A stretch of DNA of 64,000 bases from Candidatus Kerfeldbacteria bacterium (GTDB lineage: Bacteria; Patescibacteriota; Patescibacteriia; SBBC01; CAIJZX01). Of the stretch, positions 17,736-29,808 are shown piece by piece. The number at the start of each line of letters is the position of its first letter. Within the stretch, counting starts at the first letter, position 1. Location: the NCBI GenBank assembly GCA_016193315.1, contig JACPSJ010000001.1:284446-348445 (forward strand), written 5' to 3'. The notes under the pieces were generated by a model. It searched no databases. It saw nothing but the letters and a program-made list of their open reading frames with translations, and had not been told where the DNA came from. Position numbers and translations under genes: made by a program.

Positions 17736-18947
17736 ATGCCCGTCTACGACTACAAAGCGAAAGACGCCGAAGGGCTGACCGTGACTGGCGCGGTCGAAGC
17801 GCCGAGCGAAGCGGTCGCGCAGGATACGCTCAAAGAACGCAGCTTGGTGGTCGTGGCCCTGCGGGAGCGGAAGCGCCTGACGCTCTTTCAGTCGTCACTC
17901 GGGTTCTTCAACCGGGTGCCGCGGAAGGACGTGGTGCTCTTCGCCCGTCAATTGGCGGTCATGATTTCGGCCACCGTGCCGATCGTTCAGGCCCTCCGCA
18001 TCCTGGTCAAGCAGACCTCGAACATCACCTTCAAGATCATCGTCTCGGAAATCGCCGACGAAGTCGACGGCGGCGCCAAGCTGTCGGCCAGCCTAGCCCG
18101 GTACCCCCAGGCCTTCTCCGACTTCTTCGTCCACATGGTTCGCTCCGGTGAGACGACCGGCAAACTCGATGAGACACTCAATTACCTGGCCGACCAGCAG
18201 GAGAAGGACTACGATCTGGAACAGAAGATCCGCGGGGCTATGATCTACCCATCCTTCATCGTCGGGGCGATGGTCATCATCGGCACGCTGATGATGATTT
18301 TCGTCATCCCCAAACTGACCGAGGCCCTGGTCGCCGGCGGCGCCCAACTGCCGATCGCTACCCGACTGCTGATCGGCACCAGCAGCTTTCTACAGAACTT
18401 CTGGTGGTTATTGATTGCCGTCGTCGGCATCACCGTTTCCCTGCTCCGGGTCTACATGCGCACCCCCGTCGGCCGTCGACAATTGGACACCCTCAAGTTC
18501 CACCTGCCAGTCTTCGGTCAGATCTTCCAGAAGATCTACCTGGTCCGTTTCTCGCGCAGTTTCTCGACCCTCATCGCCAGCGGCATCCCGGTCACCCGCG
18601 CCCTCGAGATCGTGGCCGACGTCATCGGCAACCTGCTCTACAAGGAGCTAACGATAGCCACCATCAAGGAAGTGGAAGCCGGTAACTCAATCGCCACCGT
18701 CTTCGTCCAGAGCAAAATCGTCCCGCCGATGCTGCCGCAGATGATGATCGTTGGCGAGCAGACCGGCAAGCTTGATCTTATTCTCGATAAACTTTCGGCC
18801 TTCTACGCCAAAGAACTCGAAAACCTGGTCGCCAACCTGGTCAGTATTATCGAGCCGCTGATCCTGGTGATCATGGGCGTGGCCGTGGCCGTCATTGTGA
18901 TGGCCATTCTGCTGCCGCTCTACAACCTGTCCGGGGCAATTCAGTAA
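17736..18947 (+). CDS. pilC: type IV pilus platform protein PilC (GspF family)
   Basis: Two T2SS-F repeats, three TM segments, typical PilC length (403 aa). Immediately follows the ATPases. Confidence 0.85.
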   Translation: MPVYDYKAKDAEGLTVTGAVEAPSEAVAQDTLKERSLVVVALRERKRLTLFQSSLGFFNRVPRKDVVLFARQLAVMISATVPIVQALRILVKQTSNITFKIIVSEIADEVDGGAKLSASLARYPQAFSDFFVHMVRSGETTGKLDETLNYLADQQEKDYDLEQKIRGAMIYPSFIVGAMVIIGTLMMIFVIPKLTEALVAGGAQLPIATRLLIGTSSFLQNFWWLLIAVVGITVSLLRVYMRTPVGRRQLDTLKFHLPVFGQIFQKIYLVRFSRSFSTLIASGIPVTRALEIVADVIGNLLYKELTIATIKEVEAGNSIATVFVQSKIVPPMLPQMMIVGEQTGKLDLILDKLSAFYAKELENLVANLVSIIEPLILVIMGVAVAVIVMAILLPLYNLSGAIQ

Positions 18948-18955
18948 CGCGCGCT

Positions 18956-18984
18956 CGACAGTCGGTCCGATCTGTGCTATACTC
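18956..18984 (+). promoter_or_regulatory. promoter of the major pilin gene (TCGACA-N17-TATACT)
   Basis: Extended -10 TGCTATACT at 18976-18984. About 105-nt leader ending in a strong GGGAGGTGA RBS before ATG 19095. Confidence 0.4.
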
Positions 18985-19094
18985 AATGTGGATAACATGA
19001 AAAACTCAGCGAACGGCGTTAACCAAGACAGATAGGGACCAACCGGATCCGTGGTCCCTGCGTTTGGCATCGTCAGTTCCAATCCCGAAGGGAG

Positions 19095-19682
19095 GTGAGA
19101 AGAATGCAAACGAAGAAAGGCTTCACACTCATCGAACTGCTGGTGGTCATTGCCATCATCGGTATTTTGTCGGCCATCGGCCTGGTGACGCTATCCGGAG
19201 CCCGGGAGAAAGCACGAGATGCGGCCCGGAAGAGCGACATCGGTCAAATACGCACCGCCCTGGTCCTCTACTTTGATGACCACGACAGCGAATACCCCGG
19301 GGTGGCCACGATCAACGAGTCGGACTCCATCATTGATAACGGGGACGCCGCCTGCAACAGCGGCATTGATGTTTGTGACAACATTGTCACCGAGTATCTG
19401 GACCGGATGCCGGCCCCGCCCAATGCCACGGGCACAGGCGCCTGCGCGCTCGGCGATTCCTACTGGTACACGGCTAATGATGTCGCCGCCAACGATGCGT
19501 CTGATTGGGCGCTCTGGACTCGACTTGAGGCGAACGCTTGTGAGGAACTCTACATTATCAACGAGAGTGGTTTCGGCGATGAATTCGATGATACTGGAGA
19601 TGAAACTGCCGCGACCGAAATCAATTGCGACGATGAAATCGGCGGAGTTAATGCCTGCGATTCCCCGCCAACCAACAACTAG
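19095..19682 (+). CDS. pilA: type IV (major) pilin with class III signal peptide and acidic C-terminal region
   Basis: MRRMQTKKGFTLIELLVVIAIIGIL is a canonical prepilin leader (G|FTLIE). Cys pair near the C-terminus (INCDDEIGGVNACD). Own promoter and strong RBS. Confidence 0.85.
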   Translation: MRRMQTKKGFTLIELLVVIAIIGILSAIGLVTLSGAREKARDAARKSDIGQIRTALVLYFDDHDSEYPGVATINESDSIIDNGDAACNSGIDVCDNIVTEYLDRMPAPPNATGTGACALGDSYWYTANDVAANDASDWALWTRLEANACEELYIINESGFGDEFDDTGDETAATEINCDDEIGGVNACDSPPTNN

Positions 19683-19768
19683 CGTTTGGCAACGTCTGGC
19701 AACGCCCCCGAGTCTGCGGGGCGTTGCTGGCATTGTCGGTGCCGCCGACTTTCAGTAGGATATCAATC

Positions 19769-20386
19769 ATGGTTCAGAGCATTGCCGCGAACGCCCCGGG
19801 CTGGTTATACCTGCTGGCGGGGGTACTTCTTGGGTCCATCAGCCTGTGGTCGTCGCTGGTTATCATCCGGCGGCCAGCGCGCGGGTCGACCGTCGCCCGA
19901 CGGGCGGCTTGGTGGCTAGTCACCGTCCAGCTGGCGTTTCTCTTTCTATCGCACGGTCTACTCTGGCGAGACTTCCGGCGGAGTGACTTCACCCGCTGGC
20001 TGGTACCGCCGCATAACTGGTTTCTGGTTGACCAGTTCAACCAAGACCTAACCTCGCTGTTGGCCGGCTGGCTGGCCGCCGGTGTCCTTTTCCTCCTGCT
20101 GGCCCTGCTGTTCGTCAAGGTCTGGCCGGGGAAGTTTCTCGACCCCACCGATCTCATGTTACTGAGCCTCGGCGCCGGAGTCGTCGGTTGGCCGTCGGTA
20201 TTGTTGTTTCTCGGTCTCACTTTCGCCACCACCGTCATCGGACTCGTGTTCTTGGTTATCATCCGCCGGCGATCAGCGCGCGACCGCCTGGTGATTACCC
20301 CGTTTATTCCGGTGGCGGTGATTCTGACGTTGGTTTTCCAAACGCCATTGCTAGCCTGGACGCACCTCGGGGCGATCAGGTTCTAA
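19769..20386 (+). CDS. polytopic membrane protein, possibly A24 prepilin-peptidase-like (no zinc-finger domain)
   Basis: 5-6 TM helices. FLDPTDLMLLSLGAGVVGWP and the terminal ITPFIPVAVILTLVF resemble the GGDVKLL / PFGPFLA regions of A24 peptidases. Start chosen at ATG 19769 (AGGA 8 nt upstream). Confidence 0.35.
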   Translation: MVQSIAANAPGWLYLLAGVLLGSISLWSSLVIIRRPARGSTVARRAAWWLVTVQLAFLFLSHGLLWRDFRRSDFTRWLVPPHNWFLVDQFNQDLTSLLAGWLAAGVLFLLLALLFVKVWPGKFLDPTDLMLLSLGAGVVGWPSVLLFLGLTFATTVIGLVFLVIIRRRSARDRLVITPFIPVAVILTLVFQTPLLAWTHLGAIRF

Positions 20387-20418
20387 CCGCGGGTCGATCA
20401 ATCTGCTATACTTCTCTC

Positions 20419-20826
20419 ATGATCAGAAAAGGCTTTTCCTTCGCCGAAACACTGATCGTCGGCTCGCTCTTCGCCCTGGCTGTCCTGCTTGGGACGCTGC
20501 TCCTGTCGGGTGAACGGGCCCGGACCAGGGACGCCAAGCGGATCGCCGACATGACCCGGGTGGCCGGCGCCATGGCCGTCCTCTACGCCCAACAGGCCAG
20601 TTACGCCTCGGCTGCTCAAGGCTGCGCCAAGATCGGTGATGCGGCCAGCGCTTGCACGTTTGCCGCCGCCCCTGGCTGGGGGGAACTGCAAGATCCGGGT
20701 CGGTTTTCCTACACCGTGGTGCGCGTCCCGGATGGGGACGATTTCGGGGTTCGCTTTCGACTGGAAAGAAACTACGGCCCACTCCGTGCTGGGCCGCACG
20801 TCGTCACCAAGACCGGAATCCACTAA
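20419..20826 (+). CDS. second type IV pilin-like protein
   Basis: MIRKGFSFAETLIVGSLFALAVLLG is a prepilin leader (G|FSFAE, Glu at +5). TGCTATACT at 20404-20412 lies 6 nt upstream of the ATG (leaderless). Confidence 0.7.
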   Translation: MIRKGFSFAETLIVGSLFALAVLLGTLLLSGERARTRDAKRIADMTRVAGAMAVLYAQQASYASAAQGCAKIGDAASACTFAAAPGWGELQDPGRFSYTVVRVPDGDDFGVRFRLERNYGPLRAGPHVVTKTGIH

Positions 20827-21593
20827 TGACCGACCACCCGGTACTGTTGGTGCTCGTGTTTGTACTCGGCGCCGCGGTCGGCAGCTGGCTCAACGTGGTC
20901 ATTCTCCGGACGCACAACCAAACTCCCCATTGGCTGGGACGATCGCGCTGTCCGCATTGTCACCGCACCCTGGAGTGGTGGGAACTCATCCCGGTCGTCA
21001 GCTTCATCGCCCTGGGTGGTCGCTGCCGCACCTGTCACCGCGACCTCGACCCACAGTACCTGATCGTCGAACTGCTGACCGGCGTCGCCTTTCTAATTGT
21101 CTGGCGAGCCATGGGCTGGACGGCCGTACTGCTGACCGCCTGGTTGGTGGCGGCGGCGATGATCAGCATCGCCGTCTACGACGCGCGTTGGTCGGTCATT
21201 CCCGACAGCTTCACGCTCAGCCTAGCGCTGGCCGCCATCCTGTTCGTCACCCTCAGCCGACAGCCGTGGCTGGACAGTCTGCTGGGCGGTTTGGTCGGCG
21301 CCACGTTCTTCGCCTTGCAGTACTTCCTTTCCCGGCGGCGCTGGGTCGGCAGCGGCGACATCCTGCTCGGCCTGGCGCTCGGCTTGCTGCTCGGCTGGCG
21401 GATGCTCGGCCTGGCGCTGATGGGGGCGTATTTCCTCGGCGCGCTCAGCGCCTCCACGCTGATCATTCTGCGGCGCGCCAACCATGGCAGCGCCATGGCC
21501 TTCGGCCCATATCTGATGCTGGGGGGTTTCTTGACGTGGTTGTGGGGGCCGCAGGTAGTTGAATGGTATTTTCGCCATGCCATTTTTTTCTAA
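20826..21593 (+). CDS. pilD: prepilin peptidase PilD (A24A family)
   Basis: Start overlaps the pilin stop (TAATG). CPHCHRTLEWWELIPVVSF...GRCRTCHRDL tetracysteine domain. Catalytic-Asp motifs (VYDARWSVIPD; GSGDILLGLALGLLLG). Confidence 0.85.
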   Translation: MTDHPVLLVLVFVLGAAVGSWLNVVILRTHNQTPHWLGRSRCPHCHRTLEWWELIPVVSFIALGGRCRTCHRDLDPQYLIVELLTGVAFLIVWRAMGWTAVLLTAWLVAAAMISIAVYDARWSVIPDSFTLSLALAAILFVTLSRQPWLDSLLGGLVGATFFALQYFLSRRRWVGSGDILLGLALGLLLGWRMLGLALMGAYFLGALSASTLIILRRANHGSAMAFGPYLMLGGFLTWLWGPQVVEWYFRHAIFF

Positions 21594-22176
21594 ACCGGCC
21601 GGGCTAACGCTGGTCGAACTCTTGATCAGCATCGCGGTCATTGGCATCCTTAGTTCGATCGTCTTTGTCGGATTCTATCAAGACCGCGAACGCTCAGCTG
21701 TCAAGCGCGCCGCCGAGCAACTGCAAGTCGACGTTCAATCCGCCCAGAACCGGGCTCAGTCTGGAGTTTTGACCGGCGGCAGCCTGCCAGCTGGCTACGG
21801 TGTCCACTTTGACGTGGCCACGCCCGACCGTTACCTCATCTTTGCCGATGCCTTGAGCGGCAGCCCGCCAGCTGGCGACAATGAATACCGCCCTCCACCC
21901 GGGGGCACGGACACCATCGTGACGACGGTCATCCTACCGTCCAGAGTCGTGGTGCATCGCATTGGTGTGATCAGCCTCACCTTTGACCGCGGATCAGCGG
22001 TTTTCAGCGTGCCGAACGCCCAAAGCACCTTGCGGGTCTGGGACGCCGGCGGAGCGGCCTCAACGCCGTCGTCGTTGCCGATCACCCTCCGCCAGACGAG
22101 GGCCAACCTGTGCTATAGTGTTACTATCGTGCCTAGCGGAACGGTCAGTCAGCGACAATTGGATTCATGCTCATAA
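21577..22176 (+). CDS. minor pilin / pseudopilin
   Basis: MPFFSKPAGLTLVELLISIAVIGIL gives G|LTLVE prepilin cleavage. ATG 21577 chosen over the upstream TTG in the track. Confidence 0.7.
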   Translation: MPFFSKPAGLTLVELLISIAVIGILSSIVFVGFYQDRERSAVKRAAEQLQVDVQSAQNRAQSGVLTGGSLPAGYGVHFDVATPDRYLIFADALSGSPPAGDNEYRPPPGGTDTIVTTVILPSRVVVHRIGVISLTFDRGSAVFSVPNAQSTLRVWDAGGAASTPSSLPITLRQTRANLCYSVTIVPSGTVSQRQLDSCS

Positions 22177-22811
22177 AGCGCCGCGCCCAGACCCTGTTGG
22201 AAACCGTCATTGCCGCTGGCGTCATTGTCGTCTCGGTCATCGGTTCGACCACGTTAATCATCAGCACCATGACCGTCGGCCGCCTCAGCCAAAGCCGGGT
22301 CGAGGCCGGGAACTTTGCCCGCGAAGGACTGGAGATTATCCGCGGTATCCGCGACAGCAATTGGCTGCAGCGGGAGCAGAATATCGCCGACGGCGCCAGC
22401 GGTACAGTTCAGTGGGACGACTCTGGTCAGTCGACCGGTTACGTATCGTTGGGCGGGTCCGGCACCCCCAAATGTTGGCGGCCGGATTTTGACCCGACGG
22501 TTGGGTGGTCCATAGTTACCGTCGCTTGCCCAGCCGGCGGAATGATACCCACCGACTGTCTCGCTGATGCCCCGCGAGTGTACCGGTATGATGACGGTTC
22601 GGGCAACCGCCATTATACCGATACGGATTGTGGGGCGGACTGCGCCCCGACGATTTTTCGGCGTAACGTGGCCGTGGCGCTGCAAACGGAAGCGGTCACT
22701 GGTATTCCCAACCCGGTCCCGTACCTCCAAGTCGTATCCACCATCTGCTGGGACGATCGAGTCAGCCACAAGCCGGTGATTGTTGAAGAACGCCTGTATG
22801 ACTGGCGGTAA
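22167..22811 (+). CDS. minor pilin-like protein (atypical leader, Ala at -1)
   Basis: MLIKRRAQTLLETVIAAGVIVV has a Q-TLLE motif with Glu at +5 and a hydrophobic helix, but Ala replaces the usual Gly. Confidence 0.55.
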   Translation: MLIKRRAQTLLETVIAAGVIVVSVIGSTTLIISTMTVGRLSQSRVEAGNFAREGLEIIRGIRDSNWLQREQNIADGASGTVQWDDSGQSTGYVSLGGSGTPKCWRPDFDPTVGWSIVTVACPAGGMIPTDCLADAPRVYRYDDGSGNRHYTDTDCGADCAPTIFRRNVAVALQTEAVTGIPNPVPYLQVVSTICWDDRVSHKPVIVEERLYDWR

Positions 22812-23577
22812 GAAATACAGCCGGCTGGCTTACCGACCATCTTTTACTTTGGTCGAAATATTAGTGGTCGCCTCGGTGTTCTCGCTTCTATTCTTAGTCG
22901 CCTCAACCATTTTCGTCAGCGTCCAATCCTCGCAACGGGCCTCGCTCATCCAGCAGCGGGTAGTGGCCGATGGCCGATTCATGCTGGAAACGATCGCCCG
23001 GAGCGTGCGCCTCAGCTCGATTGACTACGAGTACTACCGCGATCCGGACGGCAATGGGAATTTTAGCGATGAGATTCCCCTCAGCAGTCGAGTCGGGAGC
23101 GCGGCCGTCCCGCTCGTGCTCCGTGATCAAAACGGCGGGCAAACGTGTTACCGTCTGAATACCAATGTCCTCGAGGTCGGCACTGACTGCGCCGGCTGGC
23201 AAGGTTTTACGCCGGCCGATCTTCAGGTCACCGACTTTGACGCTTTCGTTCGCCCGCAGTCAAGCCCGTTTCTGCCCGTCCCTACCAGCGAGCCGGAATG
23301 CTACAATTATGATGCCGGGGCGGGAGACAGCAATTTTGATCCCGACCTCGGGGTCTGTGTTTGTTCCGATGCGGACGGGGACTTCCTCGATAGCACCAAC
23401 TGTTTTCCCAATCAACGTTGCGTGACGGCCACACCCGGCAACTGGATTTGTCAAAATGCCACTGTCCAGCCGCAGGTGACGCTGGTCATGCGGACCGTCT
23501 CCAGTCGGGCTGGGCCAGGTGAGTCGGCCGAGACCACGTTGCAGACGACTGTTAACTCGCGTGTCTATGGCGGCTAG
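22798..23577 (+). CDS. minor pilin-like protein (Ser at -1)
   Basis: MTGGKKYSRLAYRPSFTLVEILVVASVFSLLFL is a prepilin-like FTLVE motif. Cys-rich C-terminal half. Confidence 0.6.
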   Translation: MTGGKKYSRLAYRPSFTLVEILVVASVFSLLFLVASTIFVSVQSSQRASLIQQRVVADGRFMLETIARSVRLSSIDYEYYRDPDGNGNFSDEIPLSSRVGSAAVPLVLRDQNGGQTCYRLNTNVLEVGTDCAGWQGFTPADLQVTDFDAFVRPQSSPFLPVPTSEPECYNYDAGAGDSNFDPDLGVCVCSDADGDFLDSTNCFPNQRCVTATPGNWICQNATVQPQVTLVMRTVSSRAGPGESAETTLQTTVNSRVYGG

Positions 23578-24498
23578 GGAACACCGCTGGGTCTTTCGCT
23601 CCCGCCGGCGGCCAGGAGTCGTGCTGTTACTGGCGATGCTGCTGATGGCCTCGGTCACCGCCTCGACGATCGCCGTGGCCGTGGTCATCAATTCCACCCT
23701 CGGTCAATCAAAGAATCTCGACGATTTCTTCACTGCCTCCGCCGCCGCGGACGCGGGGATAGAGCGTAGTTTGGCCGTGGTCAAGGAGGGTCGGAAATCT
23801 GGAGTTAGGTTCAACGATGGTAACCCCAATAACGATAATGATGTGATGGACAAAGTTGGCCGACCGCCGCCATCAGCACCGAGAACTGTCACCTTGTCGT
23901 CTAGCAACGCTAGCACGGCCATCACCTCAGACAACTTCCCCGCCCCCCTAACCATGAGGGAGATGGCAGTTAACCAGACCATTAGTTTTGACATCCTCAG
24001 CACCCTGGTGCCGTACTTGGTCATCAAAATTGAATGCCCCGAGGACACGTACCCCTGCGCCGGCCAGCTGGAGGTCAGTTGGAACGTTATCGACTCGAGC
24101 GGCAATAGCGCTTTTGCCTCTCGGGATGTCATCTCCTCGGCCATCTTCGATCACACCCCCCGAAGTTACGACTTACGAGCCGCCTTGTCAGAGACCGGGT
24201 CGGGGGCAGTCTACTCCGGAGGCATTTTGGGTTTTCGCGTCCACCTCCGAGCCCTGGAAGACGAATTGGCAAACCTCAGCGTGGTTCCCTGCGCGGCCAA
24301 TACTCCAACCTGGGAAGTACCATGTACCTCGCTACCGGAGTTTACGAAGTTCTTCGGGCGGCTGACGATTTCCAGCCGCGGAACTGTCGGATCCGCTGCC
24401 AATCAAGTTCAATCACTGAAGACAGCCGCCGTCCTCTGGCAGCTTCCCACACCCAGTCTCTTCAACTACGTCCTCTTCTCCGAGGAAAGCATCATCCC

Positions 24499-24502
<4 letters not shown>
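23567..24502 (+). CDS. PilX-like / pilus-associated protein with N-terminal TM helix
   Basis: MAAREHRWVFRSRRRPGVVLLLAMLLMASVTAST has a hydrophobic N-terminal helix without the conserved Glu. Last gene of the pilin block. Confidence 0.45.
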
Positions 24503-27393
<2,891 letters not shown>

Positions 27394-27436
27394 TGGTCGT
27401 TGTCAGACCGATGGAACACATGATAAGCTTTGGGCC

Positions 27437-27712
27437 ATGAAGTCAAACACTGATGTTGAGTCGCTGGCGAGTCTGGCCAGGCTCGATCTGAGGGCCGATG
27501 AAACCCGCCAGTTCGCCACCCAGGTGAATCGGATTTTGGATTACGTTGGTCAGCTGCAAGCGCTGGCCGATCTGCCGCTCGCCCCGCCATCGGTGGTGGT
27601 CACTACCTGGCGTCAAGATCAACCAGCCGTCAGCCGGGCGATCGAACTGATCTTGGCCGCCGCGCCGGATCGTCTCGACCGCTACTGGCGAGTGCCGGCC
27701 GTTTTTGCATGA
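27437..27712 (+). CDS. gatC: Asp/Glu-tRNA amidotransferase subunit C
   Basis: LASLARLDLRADETRQFATQVNRILDYVGQL is a GatC signature. Directly upstream of gatA with a 4-nt overlap. Confidence 0.75.
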   Translation: MKSNTDVESLASLARLDLRADETRQFATQVNRILDYVGQLQALADLPLAPPSVVVTTWRQDQPAVSRAIELILAAAPDRLDRYWRVPAVFA

Positions 27713-29172
27713 CACTGCCAGCCAGCATCGCTGAGCTCCAGCAGGGCTTGCGGCGTAAAGATTTCTCCTGCCGCGAAATCGTGGCTGGATTTCTTGACCG
27801 GATCGAGGCCAGCGATAAACAACTCGGCGCCTTTCTTCGCACCCGGCGAGACGTCTTGGATGAAGCTCAGTCGAACGATGAACGACTCGCTCGCGGCCAG
27901 GCTCTGCGTCCATTGGAAGGAGTGGCCGTGGCGATCAAAGATAACCTGCTCCTGCGGGGCGCCCCGGCTACCGCCGGCTCGCAGATTTTGGCCAACTACC
28001 AAGCGGTCTACACCGCCACCGCCGTGCAGCGCCTGATCGATGCCGGCGCGCTGATCGTTGGCCAGACCAATCTAGACGAATTCGCCATGGGCGCGTCAAC
28101 TGAGAATTCTGCCCTGGGCACCACCCGTAACCCCTGGAACCAGGCGCTGGTGCCTGGCGGTTCGTCTGGCGGTTCAGCCGTGGCCGTGGCTGCCGGCCAG
28201 GCGATGGTCGCGCTCGGTTCCGATACCGGCGGTTCCATCCGCCAGCCCGCCGCTTTTTGCAATGTGGTGGGCCTGAAACCAACCTACGGCCGCGTGTCGC
28301 GCTACGGACTGATCGCCTTAGCCTCGTCGCTTGATCAAATCGGCCCGCTCACTCGAACCGTGGCCGATGCCGCCCAGGTCTATCAGCTGATCGCCGGCCC
28401 GGATGCCTGTGATCTGACCGCCAATCCCGCCGCACCAGCCGACGTGATAACCGACCTGCGAGCGGGCATTCAAGGATTGCGAATCGGCCTGCCGCCGGAG
28501 TTTTTCGGTCAAGGCGTCGACCCGCAGATCGTGACCGCCATTCAAGAAGTGGCCAAAGTTTTCACTCGGCTCGGCGCGACCATCGATGAAGAAATCACCA
28601 TTCCCCACGCGCCGCAAGCACTGCCGACCTACTACATTATTCAACCCGCCGAAGCGAGTTCAAACTTGGCCCGATACGACGGCGTTCGTTACGGTTTGTC
28701 CGTGCGGACCGGGCCGGACCTGGCCGCCCTCTACCACTCGACGCGCGCCCAGGGGTTTGGCCCGGAAGTCAAGCGGCGAATGATGATCGGCACCTTTAGC
28801 CTGTCGGCTGGCTATGCCGACGCCTACTACCACCAAGCCAACCGCGTGCGGGATGTACTCCGCGAAGAATTCCACCGCGCCTTTGACCGTGTTGATCTCC
28901 TACTGACGCCGACCACGCCGACGCCGGCTTTCCCGCAGGGGGCCAAAACGGCCGATCCATTAACCATGTACTTGGCCGATTTGCTAACCGTCCCAGCCAA
29001 CTTGGCGGGAATTCCGGCCGTGTCCCTGCCGGCCGGATTTGTCAACGGCTTGCCAGTTGGCGCTCAGCTGATGGCCAATGCCTGGGATGAAGCCACGCTC
29101 TTCCGCGCCGCCTACGCCTTCGAACAGGCTACCGACTGGCACCGCCGTCAGCCGCCGCTCAGCGGCGATTGA
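27709..29172 (+). CDS. gatA: Glu-tRNA(Gln) amidotransferase subunit A
   Basis: Amidase signature GGSSGGSAVAVAAG and catalytic Ser/Lys context. 487 aa. Follows gatC. Confidence 0.9.
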   Translation: MTLPASIAELQQGLRRKDFSCREIVAGFLDRIEASDKQLGAFLRTRRDVLDEAQSNDERLARGQALRPLEGVAVAIKDNLLLRGAPATAGSQILANYQAVYTATAVQRLIDAGALIVGQTNLDEFAMGASTENSALGTTRNPWNQALVPGGSSGGSAVAVAAGQAMVALGSDTGGSIRQPAAFCNVVGLKPTYGRVSRYGLIALASSLDQIGPLTRTVADAAQVYQLIAGPDACDLTANPAAPADVITDLRAGIQGLRIGLPPEFFGQGVDPQIVTAIQEVAKVFTRLGATIDEEITIPHAPQALPTYYIIQPAEASSNLARYDGVRYGLSVRTGPDLAALYHSTRAQGFGPEVKRRMMIGTFSLSAGYADAYYHQANRVRDVLREEFHRAFDRVDLLLTPTTPTPAFPQGAKTADPLTMYLADLLTVPANLAGIPAVSLPAGFVNGLPVGAQLMANAWDEATLFRAAYAFEQATDWHRRQPPLSGD

Positions 29173-29205
29173 ACGGATCCAGATTTTTTGCTACACTAGC
29201 AGACC

Positions 29206-29592
29206 ATGGTCAAGAAGAAACCCACCGTGCTCCTAGTTGAAGACGAGAAGATGCTGGCGGATATGTATGCCACCAAGTTTTCAATGGAAGGCTTTGCCAC
29301 TCACAAGGCCTACGACGGCCAAGCGGGCCTACGTTTGGCCCAAGACATGAAACCGGATATCATTCTGCTCGACATCATCATGCCGAAGCTCGATGGCTTT
29401 GCCGTGCTCAAGGCCCTCCGCCAAGACCCGTCATTCAAATCGACGCCGGTACTGTTGCTGACCAACCTCGGTCAGGACGAGGACATTAAGAAAGGCCAGC
29501 AGCTCGGGGCGACCGACTATTTCGTCAAAGCCAACCACACGCCGGCCGAAGTAGTCAATAAGGTTCGGACCATCCTCCGTCAGCCGGTATGA
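29206..29592 (+). CDS. stand-alone response-regulator receiver protein (paralog of 16163-16582)
   Basis: VLLVEDE...DIILLDIIMP...LTNLG...VKA. About 55% identical to the REC gene inside the pilus locus. Confidence 0.8.
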   Translation: MVKKKPTVLLVEDEKMLADMYATKFSMEGFATHKAYDGQAGLRLAQDMKPDIILLDIIMPKLDGFAVLKALRQDPSFKSTPVLLLTNLGQDEDIKKGQQLGATDYFVKANHTPAEVVNKVRTILRQPV

Positions 29593-29595
29593 CTA

Positions 29596-29754
29596 GCACT
29601 CATTTCAAAACCTGCTTTCATGGCGAAATGGTCGGTTTCGCGGGCGAGGCGCTGCGGCGGAGGGTGAAATGTATTAGATATACACTGAGCCCGGGCCGCC
29701 AGCCGCAGCCCGAAACCGGGCCTGGCAGCCGAAATGAGGTTTTGAAATGAGTGC
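29596..29754. repeat. 159-bp MITE-like palindromic element with 18-bp perfect terminal inverted repeats
   Basis: GCACTCATTTCAAAACCT (29596-29613) pairs with AGGTTTTGAAATGAGTGC (29737-29754). Nested GC hairpins inside (GCGAAATGGTCGGTTTCGC; GCTGCGGC...GCCGCAGC; GCCCGAAACCGGGC). Begins 3 nt after the REC stop. Confidence 0.45.
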
Positions 29755-29808
29755 CTGGTCGGAGAAATAGTTCAGCGCTTTGAGCAAGCCGGCCTAAAAA
29801 TCGTCGGG

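Noticed and set aside
20188-21562. 5' extensions of the pilin (20188) and pilD (20652/20636) ORFs in the track
   Set aside because: The extensions overlap upstream genes in other frames. The biologically meaningful starts are the ATGs at 20419 and 20826, which create canonical prepilin and peptidase N-termini.
29596-29754. The palindromic element as an SRP (4.5S) or 6S RNA gene
   Set aside because: It lacks the SRP domain-IV consensus (GGAA/AGCAG loops). The perfect 18-bp closing stem and position inside ndk fit a MITE/REP-type element better. An ncRNA cannot be fully excluded.
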